A stretch of 64,000 bases of DNA, taken from contig JAIXRN010000050.1 in the NCBI GenBank assembly GCA_027485165.1, forward strand, positions 3,266 to 67,265. The letters run 5' to 3'. The notes under the pieces are model-generated. The model searched no databases. It was not told where the DNA came from and saw only the letters and a program-made list of their open reading frames with translations. The DNA is from Rubrivivax sp. (GTDB lineage: Bacteria > Pseudomonadota > Gammaproteobacteria > Burkholderiales > Burkholderiaceae_C). Position numbers and translations under genes: made by a program. Below are positions 36,431 to 44,986 of this stretch, in pieces; position 1 is the stretch's first letter; the number at the start of each line of letters is the position of its first letter.

Positions 36431-36475
36431 TTTCCTTTAGCAAGCGCTCGTATCGTGGCGGCTTGTGAAAGGAAA
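36431..36475 (+). promoter_or_regulatory. Inverted repeat covering the RBS of the fic gene
   Basis: TTTCCTTT-AG-CAAGC ... GCTTG-TG-AAAGGAAA; the right arm contains AAGGA just upstream of the GTG at 36481. Confidence 0.6.
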
Positions 36476-36480
36476 GCCTG

Positions 36481-37656
36481 GTGGACTACCCTCAACGCGC
36501 TGGCCGGTACGTCCAGCAGGCCACGGGCTACAAGGCCTACCTGCCAGCGCCCCTGCCGCCGGAACCGCCGTTGCTGTACGACGGCGAATTGCAGACCCTG
36601 CTGTCAGGGGCAGACCGAGACATCGGACGGCTGGATGCCCTGGCCGCGCTGCTGCCCAACCCCGACCTGTTTGTGGCGATGTATGTCCGGCACGAAGCCG
36701 TCCTGTCGTCGCAGATCGAGGGCACGCAGAGCTCGCTGGAAGATGTGCTGGCGTTCGAAGTCGACGCCCTGCGCGATGACGCACCGCGCGACGTAGAGGA
36801 AGTGGTCAACTATGTTCGCGCGATGAACCATGGCCTCGCGCGCCTGAAGGACCTGCCGCTGTCGCTGCGCCTGTTGCGAGAAATCCATGCCGAACTGATG
36901 CGTGGCGTGCGCGGCGGCGATAAATCGCCGGGCGAATTCCGGGCCTCCCAGAATTGGATCGGCGGCGCTGGCAGTACCTTGCGCACGGCCAGCTTTGTAC
37001 CGCCGCCGGCTCACGAGTTGATGTCCTGCCTGGGACAGCTGGAAGTCTTCCTGCACGAAGGGCGCCAGACCGTGCCGCTGCTGGTGCGCTGCGCGCTGGC
37101 ACACGCACAGTTCGAGACCATCCACCCCTTCCTGGACGGCAACGGCCGTGTCGGCCGGCTATTGGTGACGCTGATGCTGTGTGAAGACGGCGCGCTATCG
37201 CGCCCTCTGCTGTATCTGTCGCTATACCTGAAAGCGCACCGCGCCGAGTATTACGACCGTCTCACCGCGATCCGTACCCAGGGCCACTGGGAAGCCTGGA
37301 CCGCCTTCTTCCTGCGCGGCGTGAGCCTGACCGCCAGGGCGGCGACGCACACGGCCCAGGCCATCGTCGCGCTGCGCGACGCGCATCGCGGATCGGTGCG
37401 CCGTAACGCCAAGGCGCTGGCGCTGCTGGACCACCTGATGCTGCAGCCCACGGTCAGCATCAGGCGCGTGGCCACCCTGCTGGGCTGTACCCAGCCCACG
37501 GCAGCCAAGCTGGTGGGCGACCTGGAAACGCGCGGCTGGCTGCGCGAAGTCACGGGTTATGGCCGCAACCGCCTGTGGCGCTACCAGCCTTACGTTGACC
37601 TGTTCCATGCCGACGCGCTGCAGGCCCTGGTGCCGCTGACCCCCACAAGCCCTTGA
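36481..37656 (+). CDS. Fic family protein (Fic_N-Fic-HTH, SoFic-like AMPylase)
   Basis: EAVLSSQIEGT, intact HPFLDGNGRVGR motif, RPLLYLS, EYYDRL and a C-terminal HTH-like region ending RNRLW.Y. Confidence 0.93.
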   Translation: MDYPQRAGRYVQQATGYKAYLPAPLPPEPPLLYDGELQTLLSGADRDIGRLDALAALLPNPDLFVAMYVRHEAVLSSQIEGTQSSLEDVLAFEVDALRDDAPRDVEEVVNYVRAMNHGLARLKDLPLSLRLLREIHAELMRGVRGGDKSPGEFRASQNWIGGAGSTLRTASFVPPPAHELMSCLGQLEVFLHEGRQTVPLLVRCALAHAQFETIHPFLDGNGRVGRLLVTLMLCEDGALSRPLLYLSLYLKAHRAEYYDRLTAIRTQGHWEAWTAFFLRGVSLTARAATHTAQAIVALRDAHRGSVRRNAKALALLDHLMLQPTVSIRRVATLLGCTQPTAAKLVGDLETRGWLREVTGYGRNRLWRYQPYVDLFHADALQALVPLTPTSP

Positions 37657-37663
37657 ACCCACG

Positions 37664-37900
37664 ATGCCCACCCTGAACTGGCTGAACCGAGAGGCCGCCT
37701 TTCGCACCGCGCAAGCGGTACCCACGCGCGTGCTGCGCCCGCATGCGGCGGGGCACCGCTTCGGCGACGCTGACGGCGCACCGGGCCAGGTCGGCCGCTT
37801 GTGGGCCGAGCGCAGCCGTCAACGTGCGGTGTTTGCCCTGGTGTTTCGCAATGAGCGGGGGATGGCGGTCAACCAGCAGATCGACGCCGCCCTGGCATGA
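37664..37900 (+). pseudogene. Putative in-frame fusion of a Type III R-M Mod N-terminus and Res C-terminus (collapsed operon)
   Basis: The first ~38 aa (MPTLNWLNREAAFRTAQAVPTRVL) resemble Mod N-termini. The last ~38 aa (QVGRLWAERSRQRAVFALVF..ERGM.V.QQIDAALA) resemble Res C-termini. Both matches are from memory. Confidence 0.55.
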
Positions 37901-37902
37901 CG

Positions 37903-38040
37903 GTGAGACGTTCATGCCCTCCAGCGATCAGCGGCTACGCCGGGCTGAACGAGGAACTGTTCTACATGGCCAAGACGAGGATGGTGTTCTGCGACGCCAA
38001 GAAGGTGGTCGAGGATATGGTCAAGGCGGTGGAACAAGGC
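37903..38040 (+). pseudogene. pntB: Third pntB 3' end fragment
   Basis: SGYAGLNEELFYMAKTRMVFCDAKKVVEDMVKAVEQ; 37981-38036 matches 36247-36302 at 50/56 nt. Confidence 0.85.
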
Positions 38041-38210
38041 CGGGGCCGGTGTAGACAGCAAGCGCACCCCAATTCACGGGTGTGCGAACGCCACGCAATC
38101 AGGCCAACCGCCTGCATCAACCATATCCGCCGCGGGGCCTTCATCTGGCCGGGCGGCCCGGGGCACCGGATCATCCTGTCTTCCCTACACCTTGATGTCG
38201 ACCCTGCTGC

Positions 38211-39125
38211 ATGCGCCCGCTGGACGAGAAGGACTTCGCCCTGGCGGCCGAGTTGCTGCACGAGGGCTTTCCACGCCTGCGGCCCGCGTTCTGGGCCGCG
38301 GCGCTGCAACGCCTGCAGCGCTACGGCGGCAACGCTCAGACCGGCGTGCCGCTGGGCTGGTTCATGCTGCAGGGTGATGAACCGGTGGGCGTGGTGCTGA
38401 CGCCAGCCAGCCTGCGCCAGAGGCCCGACGGCAGCAGCCAGTGCGTCGTCAATCTCAGCAGCTGGTACGTGCGGCCGGAATTCCGCTGGCGCGCCGGCTT
38501 CATGTTGCGGGGCGTGCTGAACGACGCCACCACCGTCTACACCGACCTCACGCCCACCCCGGAAGTGCAGAAGATGCTGCCCCTGTTGGGCTTCGATGCC
38601 GTCAACCGCGGCGTTGCCCTGCACCTGCTGCCGCTGCTGTGCCTGCACCCGGGCGGTGGCGGCCAGCTGCGGGTGCTGCAGCCGGGCGAACCCTGGCCAC
38701 ATGCCGGCCCGCCGCGCGAACAGATCGAAGCCCACCGTGAACTGGGTTGCCTGCCCCTGGTGCTGCAGCCCGCCACGGGCGCACCGCAGTTGCTGGTGCT
38801 GAAACTGTGCCGGCTGCGCGGGCTGCCGGCGGCGCAGCTGGTGTATGCCGACAGCATCTCGCAGCTGCTGGCGCACCGCGGCGCGCTGGCGCGGCTGCTG
38901 TTGCGCCAGGGCGTGCTGCTGTTCATGCATGACGCGCGCCAGCCGGGCAGCACGCCCACGCGCTGGTTCCGCCGTCGCGACCTGTGGTTCGTGCGCGGCT
39001 CCGGCTTTGCCGACCGCACCGACGCCTTCGCGTCCGAGCTGTGCATCATCCACGCCAGCCGCACACAGGCGCCTGCCGGGCCGGCCAGCCCCGACACGGC
39101 ACGCACGGCGGGCCCGGCTTGCTAG
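38211..39125 (+). CDS. GNAT-like acyltransferase of unknown substrate
   Basis: VNLSSWYVRPEFR and TDLTPTPEV..MLPLLGF resemble GNAT motifs A and B; it overlaps the flippase start. Confidence 0.55.
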   Translation: MRPLDEKDFALAAELLHEGFPRLRPAFWAAALQRLQRYGGNAQTGVPLGWFMLQGDEPVGVVLTPASLRQRPDGSSQCVVNLSSWYVRPEFRWRAGFMLRGVLNDATTVYTDLTPTPEVQKMLPLLGFDAVNRGVALHLLPLLCLHPGGGGQLRVLQPGEPWPHAGPPREQIEAHRELGCLPLVLQPATGAPQLLVLKLCRLRGLPAAQLVYADSISQLLAHRGALARLLLRQGVLLFMHDARQPGSTPTRWFRRRDLWFVRGSGFADRTDAFASELCIIHASRTQAPAGPASPDTARTAGPAC

Positions 39126-40576
39126 TCCGCCACACGCTGGCTTACCTGCCGGCGCAGCTGCTCAGCCCGCTGACGCAGCTGGTCGCGGCGCTGCTGCTGA
39201 CGCACGCGCTGGGCGCGGCCGACTACGGCCTGGTGATGCTGGTGTTCGCAGCCCAGGAAGTGGTGTTCCTGATCTGCCTGTCGTGGTGGACCACCTTCTA
39301 CCTGCGCTACGGCGGCCGGCTGAACCTGGGCGCCGACGGCCAGGCCCTGGCCAGCACCGAGGCCGCGGTTTTGCTGCTGTCTTCCTTGGCCCAGGTGGCC
39401 GTCACACTGGGCATCGTGCTGGCCACCGACGCCGGGCTACCGCTGGTCTTCTTCGCTGCGGCCTGTGCCTTCACCGTCAGCCGCAGCCTGCTGCAGTTCC
39501 TGGGCGAACGCGCGCGCCGCGAAGCCGCCATCGCCGCCTACACCGCCGTGCAGGTGGCCGGCCCGCTAGGCGGCCTGGGCCTGGTGGGGGTGCTGATGGC
39601 GCTGGACGCCGCCACCCCGGCGCGTGTGCTGGGTGCCTTCGCTTTGATGCAAGGCGCCGTGGGCCTGGCGGTGGCCGCACGGCTGCGCCTGCTGGTGCGC
39701 CCGCGCGCGCTGGACCACGCCGTGCTGCGCGCCGCCGCGCGCTTCGGCGGGCCGGTGGTGTTCGCGCATTCGCTCAGCTGGCTGGGCGGCAACGTCATCC
39801 GCTTTGTCGTGCACCACGGCGCTGGCGCGGCGGCCCTGGGCTTGATGTCGGTGGGCTGGGGCCTGGCCACACGGCTTTCAGGCGTGGCCGCGATGCTGGT
39901 GGCGGCAGCGGCCTACCCGCTGGCCGTGAAGACGATGGAAGCCGGCGACCCCGCCGGCGCCCGCCGGCAGATCGCCGACAACTCGGCCCTGCTGCTGGCG
40001 CTGCTGGCACCGGCCGGCTTCGGCTTCTGGGCGCTGGCGCCGGGCCTGGTGCCGGCCCTGGTGGCCCCCGAATACCACGCCGTGACGCTGCAGATCCTGC
40101 CCTGGGCGCTGCTGGGCGCCTGCGTGCGCAACCTGCGGCTGCACGGCTGGGATTCCTGCTACCTGCTGTTCGAAGCCCCGCGCGACATGGTCTGGCTGGA
40201 CGTCATCGAATCCACCGTGATGCTGCTGGCCGCCGTGCTGGGGCTGTGGTGGGCAGGCGTCTGGGGCGCTGTGGCCGCCAGCGCCTGGGCCATCTGCGCG
40301 CTGGCCGTGCTGGACGCGCTGTGGCTGCGCCACCGCTTCGGCCTGGTGCTGCCGATGGGGGTGTACGGGCGCGTGCTACTGGCCGCGGCGGCGATGGTGG
40401 GTGCGTTGCTGGGCGCGCAGGCGCTGGGCTGGCGCGCGGCGCCACAGGTCGGGCCGCTGCTGCTGGCGGCAGCGGCCGGGGCGGGGGTGTACGGGCTGGC
40501 GCTGGCGCTGCTGTTTCCGCAGCAGCGAAGCAGCGTCACGCGCTGGCTGCGCCAGCGGCGGCTGGCGGGGGCTTAG
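39119..40576 (+). CDS. Polysaccharide flippase (Wzx/MOP family)
   Basis: About 12-13 hydrophobic segments, N-terminal RHTLAYLPAQL, 'YGLVMLVFA' and AAYPLA; the TTG start is inferred. Confidence 0.75.
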   Translation: MLVRHTLAYLPAQLLSPLTQLVAALLLTHALGAADYGLVMLVFAAQEVVFLICLSWWTTFYLRYGGRLNLGADGQALASTEAAVLLLSSLAQVAVTLGIVLATDAGLPLVFFAAACAFTVSRSLLQFLGERARREAAIAAYTAVQVAGPLGGLGLVGVLMALDAATPARVLGAFALMQGAVGLAVAARLRLLVRPRALDHAVLRAAARFGGPVVFAHSLSWLGGNVIRFVVHHGAGAAALGLMSVGWGLATRLSGVAAMLVAAAAYPLAVKTMEAGDPAGARRQIADNSALLLALLAPAGFGFWALAPGLVPALVAPEYHAVTLQILPWALLGACVRNLRLHGWDSCYLLFEAPRDMVWLDVIESTVMLLAAVLGLWWAGVWGAVAASAWAICALAVLDALWLRHRFGLVLPMGVYGRVLLAAAAMVGALLGAQALGWRAAPQVGPLLLAAAAGAGVYGLALALLFPQQRSSVTRWLRQRRLAGA

Positions 40577-40675
40577 CCACGCGGCCTGCCGTTGGCGCTG
40601 GGCTGGGGCCAAGGTTTCAGCGACGGTTTGAACGAAGCCTTAGACTGCAACGCTCCCACTGCCCATACTGTCTAG

Positions 40676-41470
40676 CTAGCCACCGTTCCGACGTGTGAGC
40701 CGTGTTCGCAGACTCAGCAGGGAGATACCCATGGCAAACAGAACATATGTTGCGGGTTCAGGGATCGGGATGGCTTCCGAGATAAAGGCCGTACCGTTGG
40801 CCGCACTCAAACCCTGCCCACCGTAGTTCACCAACAGATTTGCCGCGCCAGTGAAGGTGTTCACGCTGTAGATTCCGGTGCCAGCAACAGCGTATAAGTT
40901 AATGTTGTCACTGGTTGCGAGCCCGAAGACCCTGTCGATACCGATGGGCCCCAGTGCCGTGCCAGCGCCAGTCGTGGTGTTGAGCCTGATCAGGCTGTCA
41001 GCGGTAGGCGATGAACTGGACAGGTACAGCGCCCCCCCAACAAAGGCCAGGTCGCCTGACGACCGGTAGGTTGTCCCGCCGTTTCCAATCAGGCTGGCAG
41101 CGCCGGTCGTAACGCTGATCGAGTAAAGGCTGCTGCTGGCAGCGTAGAGGTTTCCTGCGGAATCAAAAACCAGAGAGTTCAGGTTTGCTGCGCCCAAGTT
41201 GCCAACCAGCGTGATGGCTGCTGACGCCGGATTGATTCTGTAGAGTGAATTGGAACTGATTCCGTACAGGCTTCCGGCTGGGTCGAAAGCAATATCCGTC
41301 ATCGTGACGCGCATGACACCGACGATGGTCACGGCACCCGTGGCGACGTCAACCTTCCCGAGCCTTCCATCAGCGTCATCGATCCACAATGTTGGCTCTG
41401 CGCTCGCGGCACCGCCCAAAGCGGATGTGAGGAATCCGACGGCAAGACTCGTTACGATTTTCGATCTCAT
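40676..41470 (-). CDS. PEP-CTERM exosortase-target protein with beta-propeller-like repeats
   Basis: Signal peptide ending ASA; repeats of D(I/L)AF...LY; C-terminal IPEPATYVLFAMGISLLSLRTR (PEP, TM, basic tail); visibly lower GC than its flanks. Confidence 0.88.
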   Translation of the reverse strand: MRSKIVTSLAVGFLTSALGGAASAEPTLWIDDADGRLGKVDVATGAVTIVGVMRVTMTDIAFDPAGSLYGISSNSLYRINPASAAITLVGNLGAANLNSLVFDSAGNLYAASSSLYSISVTTGAASLIGNGGTTYRSSGDLAFVGGALYLSSSSPTADSLIRLNTTTGAGTALGPIGIDRVFGLATSDNINLYAVAGTGIYSVNTFTGAANLLVNYGGQGLSAANGTAFISEAIPIPEPATYVLFAMGISLLSLRTRLTRRNGG

Positions 41471-41561
41471 TTTTTCTCCCAAATTTACGATATGAACAAC
41501 TGGATCAAATAGAAAGGTCGCCCTGCTGCTGGATACTGTCATGACGCATCACCAAGAAACG

Positions 41562-41678
41562 TCATTCGATCCAGAAGCGTCGCCGCCAGGCCCGGCGATC
41601 GGTTTGCGCTCCTGCGCTGGCAGCCGATGCCGCCAGCGCCAGACAAACCGCGAACTGTTGGATGTTGTGTGTTCGCAT
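41562..41678 (-). pseudogene. Short ORF that is almost only a signal peptide (38 aa), likely a truncated secreted-protein gene
   Basis: MRTHNIQQFAVCLALAASAASAGAQTDRRAWRRRFWIE*, preceded by a purine-rich RBS (GGAGCAGGGAAGG). Confidence 0.45.
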
Positions 41679-41791
41679 GGCCTTCCCTGCTCCCTCTTTC
41701 GTCTTTCGCGTGATGACGGCTTGCCCCGTGTTGGCCGCCGTGGGCTGCCAGCCGGGCAGATGAACGATCGCCGCCGGCAGGCGCCCGCGTC

Positions 41792-41829
41792 CTCACGAAG
41801 CCTTCACGGACACTTCACGGGCTCTCAAG
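41792..41829. promoter_or_regulatory. 11-bp-periodic direct repeats (Y-TCACG x3 plus a degenerate CTCAAG), a candidate winged-helix binding site
   Basis: CTCACG at 41792, TTCACG at 41803 and TTCACG at 41814, in the divergent intergenic region before a wHTH regulator. Confidence 0.65.
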
Positions 41830-41989
41830 AACCCCCGGGTCGGGGGGTCAAGCCGGCGGCAGGCAGCGCAGCCGGCCAGCGCTGCAACGGCCAGAATCAA
41901 CGCGTCGCATCCGGCGCCTCAGACGGCAGGCATCGGCCCCAGTGCGCGCTTCGGTCGTGAAACCTGCGCCTTGATTCGCCAAAACCGCC

Positions 41990-44878
41990 GTGACGAACCC
42001 TGATCCGGGCGCGCCCGCTGACGCCGCGTCCGCCGGCTTGCGCTTCACGTTCGCCAATGTCGACTTCGACGCTGCCGAAGGCAGCCTGCAGGTGGGCGGC
42101 GTACGGGTCGACCTGGAACCGCGCCCGCTGCGGCTGCTAGCTGAAATGCTGCGCCACGCCGGCGAAGTCATGACGCGCGACGAGCTCATCGACAGCGTCT
42201 GGGAAGGTCGCGTCACGGTCGACCATGTCGTGGCCAATGCCGTGAGCAAGCTGCGCGCAGCCCTGGGCGCCGAGGGCGCAGCGCGGCTGCAGACGGTGCC
42301 GCGCATCGGCTACCGGCTGCTGGGGCCGGTGCAGCGCCACGCCCGGCTGGTGGACCCGAGCCCGCTGCTGCCTGGCCAGCCGCTGGCGGGGCGCGAAGGC
42401 TACGTGCTGGAAAAGGCGCTGGGCAACCGCCGCCGGCAGGACGTCTGGCTGGCCAGGCATTTGCAGTTGGGCCATCTGCGGGTGTTCAAGTTCGCGCAGG
42501 ATGGCGAACGTTTGTCGGCATTGAAGCGCGAATACACCCTTTACCGCGTCTTGACGCAGGAACTGGGCCCGCGTGAAGACTTCGCTCGCGTGCTGGACGC
42601 CAACTTCGCCCGTAGCCCCTGCTACCTGGAATGCGAATACGGCGGCGACAGCCTGCTGGACTGGGCGGGCAGCGGCGCAGGCCTGGCCGCGATGAGCCTG
42701 GACGAGCGCGTGGCGCTGTTCCTGCAGGCGGCGCGGGCGCTGGCCGCCGCGCACGGCGTGGGCGTGCTGCACAAGGACATCAAGCCCGCCAACATCCTGG
42801 TCAAGACCGCTGCGGGTGCGGCGGCGTCTAGCCCCGAAAGCCAGGCTGCGCACTGGCAGCTGTGCCTCACCGACTTCGGCAGCGGCCGGCTGCTGGACGC
42901 GGCGCGGCTGCAGGCCCTGGACATCACCGCCCTGGGCCTGACGCAGACGCAGGACCAGGTGCTGGCCGACGCCGGCAGCGGCACCCTGGCCTACATGGCG
43001 CCGGAACTGCTGGCGCGCCAGGCACCGACCACCCAGACCGACCTCTACGCGCTAGGCCTGGTGCTGCTGCAGATGGCGGTGGGCGACCTGCAGCAGACGC
43101 TGGCCCCGGGCTGGCAGCGGCAGCTGGCCGACCCGCTGCTGGCCGACGACGTGAGCAAGGCCACCGAAGGCCGGCCCGAAGACCGGCTGTCGTCGGTCGG
43201 TGAACTGGTGCAGCGGCTGGAACAGTTGCCGCAGCGGCGGCTGGCGCGCCAGCAGGCCGCCGCCGATGCCGCGCGGCAGCAGGCCATGGCCAGCCAGCTG
43301 GCGCGCAGCCAGGCCCGCAGGCCCTGGGTGGTGGCCGCGGTCGCCAGCCTGAGCCTGGGCCTGGTCTTCAGCCTGTTTCTTGCCGGCCGCGAACGCGCAG
43401 CGCAGCAGCGGGCCGACGAGCAATCGCGCCGCGCGCTGGCTGTGAACGACTTCCTGACCAAGGACTTGCTGGTCGCGGCCGATCTGCGGCAGACCCCCGG
43501 CGGCGACCGTCCGGTGACGATGCTCGACCTGCTGCGCCGCGGCTCGCAGGCCGCCGTGCAGCGCTTCGAAGGCCAGCCCCTGATGGAAGTGGCGGCACGC
43601 CACCACCTGGCACGCACCTTCAACGGCCTGTGGGCCAAGACCGAGGCCCGGGCCGAATACGACCGCGCGCTGGCGATGCTGCGGCCGCTGGTGCCGCCCG
43701 ACGACGACTTGCTGCTGACGATGGAACTGGAACGCCTGATCGTGGTGGCCGACCAGATCGAACGCGACGCGGCCCGGGCCGACCTGGACCGCATCGAAGC
43801 CGTGCTGTTGGCGTCGCTGGGCCCGGGGCGACTGCCGGCCGCGCCCGAGCTGGCGATGCTGCTGCTGCAATGCCGCGTCTACATGTTGCATGTGCAGGGT
43901 CGCCACCAGGACGAGCTGCCACTGGCCCGGCAGTGGGTGGCCATGGCCGACGCCACGGCCGGCACGCCGCTGGGGCGGCGCGTCGACGCGCGCGCCGCGC
44001 TGGCCGCGACACTGAGGGCGCTGGGCGACCCATCCGGCGCCGAACGCGTGTTCGCTGAACTGGCGCTGCCGCCCTTCGACCGTGCACGCGAAAGCCGGCT
44101 GGCGATCAGCAATTTCGAGATGACGAATGCCGGCTTGCTGCGCGACGAGGGTCGCCATGCCGAAGCGGAAGCCCTGCTCGCGAAGGTGCATGAACGCCTG
44201 ACACAGGACAAGCTGCCCAGCGCCTGGCACCAGGGCTACCTGGACGCCGAACGCGGCCACAACTTCCGCGCCTGGAGCCAGCGCGAAGGCCGCCCGCTGG
44301 ACCCGGCGGCCCAGCACTACCGGCAATCGGTCGACCATTTCCGGCGCGGCCTGGGCGACGAGCACCAGTTCGTGCGGGCGATGCAGCTGAACCTGGTGAC
44401 CGTCGACCTGACCTTGGCCCGCTACGACAGCGCTTTGGCCGAACTTCGCGACATGGAAGCCTGGATCGTGGCCCGCGCCAGCGCCCACACCCAGCGCCGC
44501 CTGCAGCTGATGTTCGGCCAGGCGCTGCTCGGCCTGGGCCGGCCTGAAGACGCGCTTGTCCACTTGCGCCGGGTGCCTGCGCCGACGCAAGAGCCGCCAA
44601 CCAGGCCGCCAGAGAGCTGGCAGGTGAACGGGCCGCTGCCGCCGATCGAGCTGCTGGCCTGGGACGCGCAGGCGCTGCAGGGCCTGGCCCTGTTGCAATC
44701 GCGCCAGGCAGCACAGGGCCAGCCGCTCTTGCGCCAGGCCGTCGACGTGCTCACGCGCACCGGCTGGCTGCCACGCGGCGACGCCAGCTTCGATGCCCTG
44801 CTGCGGGCTGAAGTCCGGGCCGCGCGGCGGGTTGAAACGACGCCGGATGGCGCGCGCTCGCCATCGCGTCAGCGTTAG
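41990..44878 (+). CDS. Winged-helix (OmpR/CadC type)-Ser/Thr kinase-TM-TPR-like protein
   Basis: LEPRPLRLL...SVWEGR...VSKLRAALG...TVPRIGYRL (trans_reg_C); kinase motifs FK, E, HKDIKPAN, DFG, YMAPE and DLYALG; one TM (WVVAAVASLSLGLVFSLFLA); helical repeats C-terminal. Confidence 0.88.
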   Translation: MTNPDPGAPADAASAGLRFTFANVDFDAAEGSLQVGGVRVDLEPRPLRLLAEMLRHAGEVMTRDELIDSVWEGRVTVDHVVANAVSKLRAALGAEGAARLQTVPRIGYRLLGPVQRHARLVDPSPLLPGQPLAGREGYVLEKALGNRRRQDVWLARHLQLGHLRVFKFAQDGERLSALKREYTLYRVLTQELGPREDFARVLDANFARSPCYLECEYGGDSLLDWAGSGAGLAAMSLDERVALFLQAARALAAAHGVGVLHKDIKPANILVKTAAGAAASSPESQAAHWQLCLTDFGSGRLLDAARLQALDITALGLTQTQDQVLADAGSGTLAYMAPELLARQAPTTQTDLYALGLVLLQMAVGDLQQTLAPGWQRQLADPLLADDVSKATEGRPEDRLSSVGELVQRLEQLPQRRLARQQAAADAARQQAMASQLARSQARRPWVVAAVASLSLGLVFSLFLAGRERAAQQRADEQSRRALAVNDFLTKDLLVAADLRQTPGGDRPVTMLDLLRRGSQAAVQRFEGQPLMEVAARHHLARTFNGLWAKTEARAEYDRALAMLRPLVPPDDDLLLTMELERLIVVADQIERDAARADLDRIEAVLLASLGPGRLPAAPELAMLLLQCRVYMLHVQGRHQDELPLARQWVAMADATAGTPLGRRVDARAALAATLRALGDPSGAERVFAELALPPFDRARESRLAISNFEMTNAGLLRDEGRHAEAEALLAKVHERLTQDKLPSAWHQGYLDAERGHNFRAWSQREGRPLDPAAQHYRQSVDHFRRGLGDEHQFVRAMQLNLVTVDLTLARYDSALAELRDMEAWIVARASAHTQRRLQLMFGQALLGLGRPEDALVHLRRVPAPTQEPPTRPPESWQVNGPLPPIELLAWDAQALQGLALLQSRQAAQGQPLLRQAVDVLTRTGWLPRGDASFDALLRAEVRAARRVETTPDGARSPSRQR

Positions 44879-44986
44879 CCGGCACGCGCCTGCCGACCCC
44901 ACGTTCAAGTGGCCGCTGATGGCGGCAGCACCGGCCTGCGGGCTTGGGTCTAACATGCATCGCATCGTTCATATGGAGTACGCCTC

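Noticed and set aside
37897-38400. 167-aa ORF as a real gene
   Set aside because: Only about 35 codons resemble PntB; the rest is read-through across intergenic DNA and into another gene's frame.
36068-41990. Intact prophage or ICE
   Set aside because: No integrase, transposase, replication, conjugation or phage structural gene was recognised; only scars remain.
44879-44986. Periodic wHTH-type repeats upstream of the M28 peptidase
   Set aside because: Only weak GCCG-like recurrences were found, which are expected by chance at this GC content.
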